A DNA stretch of 58,838 nucleotides, from contig CAZEZF010000006.1 of the NCBI GenBank assembly GCA_964516495.1, positions 1 through 58,838 on the forward strand, read 5' to 3'. The stretch comes from an uncultured Acidimicrobiia bacterium (GTDB lineage: Bacteria > Actinomycetota > Acidimicrobiia > Spongiisociales > Spongiisociaceae). Made by a program: the position numbers and the translations under genes. Positions within the stretch are counted from its first letter, which is position 1; the number at the start of each line of letters is the position of its first letter. The notes under the pieces were generated by a model. It saw only the letters and a program-made list of their open reading frames with translations. It was not told where the DNA came from and searched no databases. Of this stretch, positions 10,568 to 19,430 are shown piece by piece.

Positions 10568-10752
10568 ACCCCAATTTTTCATGCAGGGGTTTTGGATGGG
10601 TCCGAGAGAGATGAGATGAACCACATGACCTGGGAAGATAGCTGCGTGGTGGCCTCGCCTGGCCGGGGCGCCCCCATCACCCTGGGGTGAACGCCGGGAC
10701 GCCTCGTGAAAGTGGGCTTGACGGCTTCTTGTCAGCTACTTGAAGAAGAATT
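10568..10752 (+). mobile_element. MITE-like element family 1, copy C2 (3-prime end degenerate)
   Basis: Begins TA|ACCCCAATTTTTCATGCAGGGG and is colinear with the full-length copies up to GTGAAAGTGGGCTTGACGG. The 3-prime terminal repeat is reduced to GAAGAATT, without the GGGG end. Confidence 0.8.
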
Positions 10753-10784
10753 ACATCGCCGACAACATCGCGTAATCCTCATTG

Positions 10785-10978
10785 GTGAGGAGGCTGGCAG
10801 GCAAGAGCGCGTTGATCACCGGTGCGGGATCCGGAACAGGCGCGCCGCGACGGTCCGGGAGTTCGGACGGCTCGACATCGTCTATAACAACGCCGGGGTG
10901 GGTTCGGCCGGATCGGTCGCGGACGCCACCGAGGAGAACTGGGACCGGTGCTTCGATGTCAACGTAAAAGGGACCTGG
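10785..10978 (+). pseudogene. Short-chain dehydrogenase/reductase remnant (internal deletion, frame change, C-terminal truncation)
   Basis: One frame reads LAGKSALITGAGSGTG (Rossmann TGxxxGxG). A different frame, only about 15 codons later, reads FGRLDIVYNNAGV...FDVNVKGTW (NNAG motif). No catalytic YxxxK segment follows. In intact SDRs these motifs are in one frame and about 70 residues apart. Confidence 0.75.
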
Positions 10979-11082
10979 TCTCGCCGGGTCAGGAGATTGA
11001 AGCGCCGGGGAAGACCAGGAGGCGTGGGGGGCGATCCGTATGATCGTACGATCAAGAAGCCTATCAAGGAGTGAGGGCAGAC

Positions 11083-11460
11083 ATGAAACAAGAGATTCGG
11101 ACAGGAGGAGCGCCGGCGCCGGCGGGCGCCTACTCCCAGGGTATCCGCGTAGGTGACCTAGTGTTTACGGCGGGCATGGGTCCGATCGACGTATCAACCG
11201 GCAAGGTGGTGGGCGACACGATCGAGGCGCAAACGGAATTGACCATCGACAACCTGGCTGCGGTTCTGGAGGAAGCCGGTACCAGCCTCAACCACGCGGT
11301 GAAAGCGACCGTTCATCTCCAGAACCTTGGCGATTTTGCGGCTTTCAACCAGGTATACGAGCGTAGGTTCAGTGATCCCAAACCGGCGCGCACGACTGTG
11401 GGAAGTGACCTCATGGGGATTCTGGTCGAGATCGATCTGGTGGCTGTCATCCCTGCCTGA
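11083..11460 (+). CDS. RidA/YjgF/TdcF family protein (reactive intermediate deaminase-like)
   Basis: GAPAPAGAYSQGIRVGDLVFTAGMGPID ... ARTTVGSDLMGILVEIDLVAV is a typical YjgF/RidA signature. AAGGAG lies 11 nt upstream of ATG 11083; the ORF track allows 11071. Confidence 0.85.
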   Translation: MKQEIRTGGAPAPAGAYSQGIRVGDLVFTAGMGPIDVSTGKVVGDTIEAQTELTIDNLAAVLEEAGTSLNHAVKATVHLQNLGDFAAFNQVYERRFSDPKPARTTVGSDLMGILVEIDLVAVIPA

Positions 11461-11624
11461 GCCCGTCAGTGCTCAGACTAACTGGTCGCCAGGTCAGGTC
11501 CACCGTCTCCGAAGGTAGCTTTACCTGGTTCTTCCGGCCATCCGGAATGCGATCATCGGGTGTGGTCCGACGTGATCCGGCCGTCTGCATTCATCGGGTT
11601 GACTACCGGCTCTATCCACCCGAC

Positions 11625-12518
11625 TCAAATAGTGTTCCGTAGCCTGACCAGGTCGGGGACCGCTTCCATCATGCGGTCGTGGTATTCGAGTTCTCGGCGC
11701 CACCGGACCGGTATCGCCTCGGCCCCGTGTAGGACGCCGGCCAGACCTCCGGCGATAGCCCCGGTGGTGTCGGTGTCCCGGCCACGATTGACCAGACTTA
11801 CAATCACCTCCTCGAAAGTGTCGTCCTGCTGGATGGCCCATACGGCGCAACGCAGGGAATCGATTACATAACCGGAGGTGCCGAGGTCTTCCACCGACAG
11901 AGTAGGGTCCACATCCAGAGCTTGTCGCACATCCGAGTGCAGATCCAGGGATCGGGCGGCGCCGAGGGCGTGCCGCACTTCCGCTCCGTCCAGAAGGACG
12001 TTGACGATCTCGCCGTAGGCCAGGCAGCTATCGGTGCATCGGACGTGGGCGTGGGTTATCGCGGAGATCTCGACCAGCTCTCGGCGGCGGGTATGGTCGT
12101 TGGCCCGTACCAACGCGGTCGGAATGCACCTCATCAAAGATCCGTTCCCGCACGAGTACTCGCCTCGCCCGCCGCTTCGTCGTGGATCTCCGCCCCGTCG
12201 CACCTTGTCGAGTGCCCGCGCGGTGGCTCCACCGATGTCCAGCGGTCCTTTGCGGTACCAGTCGACCATGTTGGCGGCCACCTTCTCTAGTGTGTAGCGG
12301 CCGTCGAGGTAAGCGGACAGGACCGCCCAGGTCAGGTCGGTGTCGTCGGTTCCCTGTCCCGGTCGCCAGCCGAATGGCCCTCCACCGATGATTTCCCGGT
12401 GGACTCCGTACCGGTCGCGTATCTCGGCGGCGTTCATGAATTCCAACGTGGCGCCGAGGGCGTCACCGGCTGCTACTCCCAGCAGACCTCCGGCTATGCG
12501 CTCGTGGATATCGATCAT
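11625..12518 (-). CDS. ADP-ribosylglycohydrolase family protein
   Basis: N-terminal GGLLGVAAGDALGATLEF and C-terminal RGRDTDTTGAIAGGLAG are the two metal-binding signature segments of the DraG/ARH family. Confidence 0.85.
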   Translation of the reverse strand: MIDIHERIAGGLLGVAAGDALGATLEFMNAAEIRDRYGVHREIIGGGPFGWRPGQGTDDTDLTWAVLSAYLDGRYTLEKVAANMVDWYRKGPLDIGGATARALDKVRRGGDPRRSGGRGEYSCGNGSLMRCIPTALVRANDHTRRRELVEISAITHAHVRCTDSCLAYGEIVNVLLDGAEVRHALGAARSLDLHSDVRQALDVDPTLSVEDLGTSGYVIDSLRCAVWAIQQDDTFEEVIVSLVNRGRDTDTTGAIAGGLAGVLHGAEAIPVRWRRELEYHDRMMEAVPDLVRLRNTI

Positions 12519-12621
12519 GTGGCTCTCATTATCGTCTTCGTGCGGCTACCCTACCCGCCTCTCCGGGAGTGGTGTCTGCCAAAACAGGGGGGTTCACAGG
12601 AAGTACTATTGTGGATAGGAT

Positions 12622-12903
12622 ATGGCTATGGACTCTCTTGCATTCTGGATTAATCCCGCGATATTAGTAGCGCTCGGGACATTGCTCTGGCGCGCCCAGA
12701 TCAGGCGGTTCAATCAGGTTGATGCCCGGTTTGATCGGGTTGACGCCCGGTTTGATCGGGTTGATGATCAGATGAGAGAGTTGGCTGCGGGGGTAGCGAC
12801 GAACGGTAGGAGCATTGCGCGACTTGAGGGTCGTCATGAGGGTCATCCTCAGCCTTCTCTTCGCCGGTCTGGGGCAGGGACTCCGGCGTCTCGGGACGCC
12901 TAG
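12622..12903 (+). CDS. Hypothetical small protein (one predicted TM helix plus a heptad-repeat segment)
   Basis: Hydrophobic AFWINPAILVALGTLLW is followed by RFNQVDARFDRVDARFDRVDDQMRELA. No family was recognised, so coding status is uncertain. Confidence 0.35.
   Translation: MAMDSLAFWINPAILVALGTLLWRAQIRRFNQVDARFDRVDARFDRVDDQMRELAAGVATNGRSIARLEGRHEGHPQPSLRRSGAGTPASRDA
12718..12766 (+). repeat. 21-bp tandem repeat, about 2.3 units
   Basis: GTTGATGCCCGGTTTGATCGG / GTTGACGCCCGGTTTGATCGG / GTTGATG. Encodes the repeated heptad VDARFDR. Confidence 0.9.
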
Positions 12904-12999
12904 CCTCGCGCCGCTCCAACCCTATTTAGACACCGTTCATGTGGCCCGGTCTTGTGGCCCCGTTGAGCCGCTTGACTATCCCGAGAACCTTGCCGGCGG

Positions 13000-14025
13000 C
13001 TACCCGGTCTCGTTTACGATCACGTTCCTGCCCAGAACCCGGCGGTTTCTCAAGCCGTGGATGGCCGCTTCGAGTCCGTCGAGGTCCGTCCGGTCGGCGA
13101 TTATCACCTGCAGTCGACCCTGAGCTGCCAGGGAGATAGCTGTCTCCAGGTCGTTCTTGGATCCGGCCGCAGATGTGAGAATCCTCAGTTCGTTCTTGAT
13201 CAAGGCCCCTGGATGGATGTCGAGGGGTTGTCGGGTGTATCCGATCTGTACAAAGGCGCCTCCCGGAGCAAGGCACGCGAATCCCGCTCGCATGGTGTCG
13301 GCGGTTCCTACCGTCTCGAAGAAAACGTCCGGGGCTCGTCCCAGAAGCCCGGCCGCCTGTCGGGGGAGGGTTGCGTAGCCTTCCGCCTTCTCGATCAACA
13401 GGCCTGTCCGGGCGCCGAGGGAGTGGGCCAACTCCAGCTTGGCGGGATCGTCGGCCACCGCCAGAACCGTAGCGCCGACCAGGCTCGCCACTTGGGTGAG
13501 CATAAGTCCGACCCCTCCGATCCCGTTAACCACCACCGGATCACCGATACCGATGCCGGCTAGCCGGGTCGCATGAACCGCAGTCATCCCACTACAGGAA
13601 AGCACCGCCCCGGCTTCGAACGATACGGACTCCGGAAGCGAGACGAGGTTGGCCTCCGGTACCACCGTGTACTCGGCAAAACCGCCATCCACCGTGAACC
13701 CGATCATGCCGGCCGAACCTTCACACAGCCGGTCCCTGCCCGATCGACAATACCGGCAGGCGCCACAGTTGAGGACGTTGTACACGGCTACCCTCCGGGG
13801 CGCCCCTCCGGAACCTGACGCAGGGTCGATGGCGAAGCCGGCTACCTCATGTCCCAGGATCCTCCGCTCGCCGAGAGGATCGATGAGGCCTTCCAGGAAG
13901 TGGAGTTCCGTACCGCACACTCCGGCGGAGACAACCTGAACCAGCACCGATCCGGCCGATACGGCGGGTATTGATCGTCGGGCCGATCGAATATGGCCTT
14001 CGGTAAGTTCCATCGCCTTCATCAT
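13000..14025 (-). CDS. Zinc-dependent alcohol dehydrogenase family (MDR) oxidoreductase
   Basis: GVCGTELH, GHEVAG, structural-zinc cysteines CGACRYCRSGRDRLC, and nucleotide-binding VNGIGGVGL. Start placed at the ATG preceded by GGAGG; the ORF track allows 14049. Confidence 0.85.
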   Translation of the reverse strand: MMKAMELTEGHIRSARRSIPAVSAGSVLVQVVSAGVCGTELHFLEGLIDPLGERRILGHEVAGFAIDPASGSGGAPRRVAVYNVLNCGACRYCRSGRDRLCEGSAGMIGFTVDGGFAEYTVVPEANLVSLPESVSFEAGAVLSCSGMTAVHATRLAGIGIGDPVVVNGIGGVGLMLTQVASLVGATVLAVADDPAKLELAHSLGARTGLLIEKAEGYATLPRQAAGLLGRAPDVFFETVGTADTMRAGFACLAPGGAFVQIGYTRQPLDIHPGALIKNELRILTSAAGSKNDLETAISLAAQGRLQVIIADRTDLDGLEAAIHGLRNRRVLGRNVIVNETG

Positions 14026-14239
14026 GCCGACAACCTCCATCACTACCATTAGCCATCAATCTGATCGTAGTTGGCTCACCAGGCGCGGGACGGCCCGTCC
14101 GTTCCCGCCGGACTGCAAGAGTTCGGAAACCTATGGAGGCGTCCGCCGAGGAGGGGTCCTTTTCGCGGGGACGATCGCAGCGTGTACGATGAGGTCTTGC
14201 AAAAGCCGAAACCCGTGGATACTTGGGAGGTAACTTAGA

Positions 14240-15037
14240 GTGTCGACATCTCACCGCAGCAGTACTCGTCGTCGGGTGGGTGGCTCGTCGCTGACTCTTG
14301 AACGCTTGACTCAGGTATTCGAGAAGAACGGTGAACCGTTGGTGGCCGTAAAAGACGTTTCACTCAAGGTGAATCAGGGCGAGTTCCTGACTCTCGTGGG
14401 GCCTTCGGGTTGTGGGAAGTCTACGCTCCTCAAAATTGTCGCCGGGCTGCTGACGCCGACATCAGGTCGAGCCTTTCTGGGCGCCGACCAGGTAGTCGAA
14501 CCACGGGAGGAGATAGGTCTGATGTTCCAGACCTCGACCCTCTTTCCATGGCGTAACGTGATCCGCAACATCGCTCTTCCACTCGAGATCACCGGGACGA
14601 TGGAACCGGATGGTGAGCAGCGAATAGCAGATGCGATCGAGCTGGTCCGTCTGCAAGGGTTTGAACACCACTATCCGCGTGAACTGTCCGGAGGAATGCA
14701 GCAGCGGGTGGCCTTGTGCCGTCTTCTCGTTTCCGAACCCGAACTCATGTTGCTCGACGAGCCGTTCGGTTCTCTGGATGAGTTCACAAGAGAGCACCTC
14801 AACAGCGAGTTGGCCCGGATCACCGAGCACGAGAATAAGACTACCCTATTCGTGACCCATAACATCCGTGAAGCGGTGTTCCTCTCCGACCGGGTGGCGG
14901 TGATGGGTACCAAACCGGGTCGCCTTCTGGATGTGGTCGAGATCGGCCTTCCACGGCCGAGAGTAGCGACCACCAGGCGGTCGGATGAGTTCAACGGACT
15001 CGTCAACCATATCCGTGAAGTGCTCGGTCTTTACTAA
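14240..15037 (+). CDS. ABC transporter ATP-binding protein (NitT/TauT-type)
   Basis: Walker A GPSGCGKST, signature LSGGMQQRVAL, Walker B LMLLDEPF. GGGAGG lies 9 nt upstream of the GTG start. Confidence 0.9.
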   Translation: MSTSHRSSTRRRVGGSSLTLERLTQVFEKNGEPLVAVKDVSLKVNQGEFLTLVGPSGCGKSTLLKIVAGLLTPTSGRAFLGADQVVEPREEIGLMFQTSTLFPWRNVIRNIALPLEITGTMEPDGEQRIADAIELVRLQGFEHHYPRELSGGMQQRVALCRLLVSEPELMLLDEPFGSLDEFTREHLNSELARITEHENKTTLFVTHNIREAVFLSDRVAVMGTKPGRLLDVVEIGLPRPRVATTRRSDEFNGLVNHIREVLGLY

Positions 15038-15058
15038 CCAGGAACGGAAAGGAACTCC

Positions 15059-15916
15059 TTGATGGATACCGATAGCATTGCCGAATCCGGTAGCTTGGAG
15101 ACCGACTCCTGGCGCCTTTCCGACAAGGATTCACGGTTCAGGGGGATCTGGACCCAGATACTTCTGACCGGATCCGTCGTAGTGGCCTTCTGCCTCATCT
15201 GGGAGGTGCTCAGCCGCCTTGATCCGAGTTTCTGGCCCGAGATAGTGTTGTCCAAACCATCTGAGATTTTCCCGGCGTTTCTTCAGGCTATTACCACCCC
15301 ATTCGTTCTGTGGCATTTCTGGGTGACCTTCCAGGAGACGGCTATCGGGTTCGTGCTCGGCGCAGGAGGAGGGTTCCTACTGGGTACCTATGTGGCTTTG
15401 GTTCCCACCTTCAGAAAGGCCTTCTATCCGGTGATCATCTTGTTCCAGTCGACGCCGCGGGTGGCGCTGGCGCCGGTGTTCATCGCCTGGTTCGCCTTCG
15501 GAATCACGTCCAAGATCGCTCTGGCTGCAACCATCTGCTTCTTCCCGGTGCTTATCAACACCATTACCGGTCTTACGCTCATCGATGAGAACGCCGGTCT
15601 TCTGATGAGGTCGCTGAGGGCGTCTAGATGGCAGACGTTTCGTCATCTACGGCTGCCGAGTTCGATACCGACCGTGTTCGCCGGGCTCAAGGCTGCGCTC
15701 ACCTTTGCCCTGATCGGCGCCATTGTGGGTGAGCTCACCGCCACCAACGAAGGGGCCGGTCACCTGATCGAGACCGCGGCATTCCAGTTCCGTAGCGATG
15801 ACGTATTCGCCTATCTACTGATGCTGTCCCTTATCGGCCTAGGACTGTTCCTTATAGCATCCCGGCTGGAACGGAAGCTACTTTTCTGGCATGTGGATAT
15901 CGAACATCGTACATAG
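15059..15916 (+). CDS. ABC transporter permease (NitT/TauT-type)
   Basis: Multi-helix hydrophobic protein with the binding-protein-dependent transport EAA-like loop (LMRSLRASRWQTFRHLRLP). Adjacent to an ATPase and a binding protein. ATG 15062 is an alternative start. Confidence 0.85.
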   Translation: MMDTDSIAESGSLETDSWRLSDKDSRFRGIWTQILLTGSVVVAFCLIWEVLSRLDPSFWPEIVLSKPSEIFPAFLQAITTPFVLWHFWVTFQETAIGFVLGAGGGFLLGTYVALVPTFRKAFYPVIILFQSTPRVALAPVFIAWFAFGITSKIALAATICFFPVLINTITGLTLIDENAGLLMRSLRASRWQTFRHLRLPSSIPTVFAGLKAALTFALIGAIVGELTATNEGAGHLIETAAFQFRSDDVFAYLLMLSLIGLGLFLIASRLERKLLFWHVDIEHRT

Positions 15917-16088
15917 GCGGGAGCGCGACGGGTTATTGCCCGGGGTCAGGCTCACCGGATCCACCGGAGAAAGTCCCTGATGTCGCCGGGTTTGTCTCTA
16001 TCGATGACCTAACCGGCCCCGCAGAACGGTACTTACAGGTAGAATCATCATCGTGAGCGGACTGCTCACCCGAGACAAGGAGGAACAT

Positions 16089-17162
16089 ATGAAACGAACC
16101 ACCCGCTTGACCCGGCCTTGGTCGGTCATGTTGGCGCTGGCCGTCGTGTTGGGAATGATCGGGGCGGCATGCGCCGAGGAGGAGGAACTCAGAGATGTGG
16201 ACCTTGCTCTGTCCACAACCAGTTCGTTCGGCTATGGCTACTGGATCGCCGTAGGTCTCGGATACTATGAGGAAGAGGGTCTTAATGTGAGCCTGCAAGG
16301 AACGGGCGGGTCGTCGGACGTCGCCCAGATCCTCGCCGCCAACAACGCCGAGGCCGGGATGGGTGTGCCGGGGGCCATGCTCCCTGCGATTGAGCAGGGC
16401 GCCGGGTTGTACCCCTTCTTTACATACGCCTACGGAGAGGTTTTCGACGTGGTCGTGCCCGAAGGATCCTCCATCAACAATATCGCCGGTTTGGCGGGAA
16501 TGACGATCGGCATTTCGGAGTTGGCCGGTGGAGAGGTTCCGCTGGTTCGAGCGCTACTGGTCGAGGCGGGGCTGGATCCCGATGCCGATGTGCAGATCAT
16601 CGAGGTAGGAACCAATGCGCCCAGCGTCAAGGCGTCGATGGACGACGGCCGGATTGATGCCTATTCGTCGGCCAAGTCTGATATCGCTTCGATGAACGCG
16701 GCCGGTCTCGGCACCGTATCGATCGCTCCGTCGTCACTAAATACTCTTCCCGCCGAAGGGCTGCTTGCCGCTGAGGACTTTAGGGATGATGACGAGTTGT
16801 TGGTCGGCCTAGGCCGGGCTACAGCCAAGGGCCAGCTGGTGGCCTACACCAACCTGGACGGCGCGGTATGCGTTCTGAAGGACCTCATTCCTGAGGAGTT
16901 CACCGATGACGCGGAAGGTCGAGCCGGTTTGGCCGCGGTTATCGATATCACCACCGCCCCGCAGCAAGGCGGTGAGTATGTCTTCGGATTCCTGGATGCG
17001 GCGGGTTGGAATACCTATGTGAACATCTTTATCCAGGGTGGAGTGATCAGCGAGCAGATCGACATGGGTCAGTATGTAATCGATGACCTCCTTGATCAGA
17101 TCAACGATTTCGACCAGCAGGCGATCATCGATGACGCCAACGATCTGGAGACCGACTGCTGA
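16089..17162 (+). CDS. ABC transporter substrate-binding lipoprotein (NMT1/THI5-like)
   Basis: Signal peptide with lipobox (LALAVVLGMIGAAC), then a periplasmic-binding fold resembling the SBP at 37531-38619. AAGGAGG precedes ATG 16089; the ORF track allows 16053. Confidence 0.8.
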   Translation: MKRTTRLTRPWSVMLALAVVLGMIGAACAEEEELRDVDLALSTTSSFGYGYWIAVGLGYYEEEGLNVSLQGTGGSSDVAQILAANNAEAGMGVPGAMLPAIEQGAGLYPFFTYAYGEVFDVVVPEGSSINNIAGLAGMTIGISELAGGEVPLVRALLVEAGLDPDADVQIIEVGTNAPSVKASMDDGRIDAYSSAKSDIASMNAAGLGTVSIAPSSLNTLPAEGLLAAEDFRDDDELLVGLGRATAKGQLVAYTNLDGAVCVLKDLIPEEFTDDAEGRAGLAAVIDITTAPQQGGEYVFGFLDAAGWNTYVNIFIQGGVISEQIDMGQYVIDDLLDQINDFDQQAIIDDANDLETDC

Positions 17163-17165
17163 TCG

Positions 17166-18764
17166 GTGCCTGATCGGATACTGACCAACGCATCCTTCGT
17201 AACTGACGGCGACCGTCCTATCGAGGCGGTCGCCGTCAGCGGTCAGAGGGTTCGTTGGATGGGCGCCGTCGATGATGTACAGGCAACGGCGCCACCGAAC
17301 GCGGAGGTGGTTGACCTAGGGGGTGGAGTCGCTTTCCCCGGCTTTGCCGACTCCCATGTGCATGCGGTCAACTACGGCCGATCGCGGTTAGGGGTTCCGT
17401 GCTGGCCAACGGACGTCAATTCAGTCGCGGACATAGTGGAACGGGTGAGAGAAGCCGATCGGCGCCTTGAACCCGGTCGCTGGATCAAGGGTCGTGGATA
17501 CGACCCGGCGAGGCTGGCCGAGGGAAGAGCGCCCACGGCTTCGGAACTCGACCTTGACGGCGGACGCTGCGTCGTTATAGACAGCTTCGACTTCCACCGC
17601 CGGGTAGCCAACCACGCCGTGCTGGAGAAAGCGGGAATCCGGGTGGACACACCCGATCCTCCGGACGGCGTGATAGTTCGTGACGAGCATGGCATCCCGA
17701 CCGGTGAGTTCCTGGACGGCGCCCGCAGTCTGCTTGACCCGGTCATACCCCCATGGACCGATAATGAGGACGAGCAGGCCATCGACCTGGCCACCGACTA
17801 CTTCCTGTCGTCGGGGTTCACCTACGTGACGAACGCGGCGCCCTTGACCATGTCCCGGCTTGGTGAGGAGGTGGGTGCGTTCCTGCGGGTCAACGAACGC
17901 CGGGGTCTCCGGCTTCGTTTCACCTCGATGATCCGGGCCGAGTTGCTGGGCGCAGCAGGGAACCTGGGTCTTCGGCCCGGGGCGGGGGACACCGGCTTCC
18001 GGATCGGAGGCGCCAAGGTGTTCGTGGATGGGGCTTTCGGGCCCCGTACCGCGCTCCTCTCGACGCCCTACATCGACTCTTCATCGTGCGGGTCGATGCA
18101 TCTTGACCACTCGGAGTTGGAAGCAATGGTTCGTGAGGGCGCCGGCATCGGTTGGCAGATGTGCGTGCACGCCATAGGAGACGCCGCGGTGAACGCAGTG
18201 GCCCGCGTGCTTGCCGAGTACCCTACTGTGGGAGGGTCCCGCCCGCATCGTATCGAGCACTGCTGCCTCACATCGGACCACACGATCGGAGTCATGAGCC
18301 GTGCCGGGATCATTCCGGTACCGCAACTTGCCTTCCTCCGGTATCGGTCCGCCGATTTTGTTGCGGCGCTCGGTGAGCGACGAGTGGGGAAACTATATCC
18401 GCTGCGGAGTTGGTTGGATGCCGGTCTCAAGCCGATTCACAGCTCCGATACGCCGGTGATATCCGACGCCTCTCCGATGGCCGCGGTGGCGACCGCCACC
18501 GCCCGGGTTGATTCCCGAGGCGAAAAATGGGGACCGGAGGAGGGAATCACGTTCGATGAGGCGATCGCGATGATGACGGTTTGGGCCGCGGAGGCCGACG
18601 GACTCGGTCATGAACGGGGACGCATCGCTCCCGGTTACCTGGCGGACTTCACAGTGTTTCCCCGTGACCCGAGAGACCTTCCTCCCGACGAGTTGGGTGA
18701 CCTGAAACCATCTATGACGATCGTGGGTGGAAGGACGGCCTGGCGATCAGCAGCGACCGGTTGA
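17166..18764 (+). CDS. Amidohydrolase (Amidohydro_3-type metal-dependent hydrolase)
   Basis: GFADSHVHAVNYG (HxH metal motif), mid-protein GAKVFVDGA, and C-terminal APGYLADFTVF. About 530 aa, typical for this subfamily. Confidence 0.85.
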   Translation: MPDRILTNASFVTDGDRPIEAVAVSGQRVRWMGAVDDVQATAPPNAEVVDLGGGVAFPGFADSHVHAVNYGRSRLGVPCWPTDVNSVADIVERVREADRRLEPGRWIKGRGYDPARLAEGRAPTASELDLDGGRCVVIDSFDFHRRVANHAVLEKAGIRVDTPDPPDGVIVRDEHGIPTGEFLDGARSLLDPVIPPWTDNEDEQAIDLATDYFLSSGFTYVTNAAPLTMSRLGEEVGAFLRVNERRGLRLRFTSMIRAELLGAAGNLGLRPGAGDTGFRIGGAKVFVDGAFGPRTALLSTPYIDSSSCGSMHLDHSELEAMVREGAGIGWQMCVHAIGDAAVNAVARVLAEYPTVGGSRPHRIEHCCLTSDHTIGVMSRAGIIPVPQLAFLRYRSADFVAALGERRVGKLYPLRSWLDAGLKPIHSSDTPVISDASPMAAVATATARVDSRGEKWGPEEGITFDEAIAMMTVWAAEADGLGHERGRIAPGYLADFTVFPRDPRDLPPDELGDLKPSMTIVGGRTAWRSAATG

Positions 18765-18774
18765 GCAGGTTTAC

Positions 18775-19338
18775 GAACCTGTGATCGACGTTCACGCTCA
18801 CTACCTTCCTCCATCGGCGACTCGCTTCAGTTGCCCGGGGACACCTTCCGGTTGCCTTTGACGCGGGCGACCGGGTGATGGGCGGTAACCGTATGAGGCG
18901 CACTTTCTCGGCAACGTGTGTGGCAATCCGTTCGAGACCACCCTGGCGGCCTTGAGGCTTTACTTCGCGGGAGTCTTCGACAGGTGGCCGAGGCTCAAGG
19001 TTCTCCTTGCCCACGGGGGCGGCGCTCTTCCCTACATAGCCGGCCGCGCCGCGCATGCCTCCCGTCACGGGCCTGGATTCCGCCGGTCGGTGGACCATCC
19101 CGACACCATCCTGGAATGTTTCTACTACGACACACTGTTGCACGATCCGCGGTCCCTGACCTTCATGATCAACTCCGTCGGACCGGAACGGATCGCCGCG
19201 GGGACCGACGCGCCGTTTCCCATGAGCATCGACAGTCCTCTGGACTACCTGGGCAAGGTATGCCGGACCGCCGGGTTGGACACCGAAGGCCGTAGGCGGA
19301 TACTGAGCGGAACGGCAAACGTACTGCTACGGACTTAG
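18775..19338 (+). pseudogene. Amidohydrolase-2 (ACMSD-like decarboxylase/hydrolase) remnant
   Basis: EPVIDVHAHYLP (N-terminal HxH motif) at about 18775 runs into a stop after about 25 codons. A different frame resumes with FLGNVCGNPFETTLAALRLYFAGVFDRWPRLKVLLAHGGGALPY...GTDAPFP. The two parts lie about 45 codons apart, against roughly 150 in intact members. Confidence 0.7.
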
Positions 19339-19430
19339 GCCGGGGGAAAGCAACCTCGTTCCACACCAAGCCCTACGAATGCTGACGCTTATCTTCGTAC
19401 CCATACTCCATGTGGTAGCAGCATTCCCTA

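Noticed and set aside
10706-11074. 122-aa ORF offered by the ORF track.
   Set aside because: Its N-terminus is translated MITE sequence, its middle is one frame of the SDR remnant, and its C-terminus is low-complexity read-through. It is better explained as a pseudogene region.
14050-14239. TPP or another riboswitch upstream of the NMT1/THI5-like ABC systems (also 37336-37530).
   Set aside because: I could not find the conserved TPP-riboswitch core elements (CUGAGA with a pairing ACCUGA-type segment) or any other riboswitch signature I know. The region reads as ordinary leader sequence.
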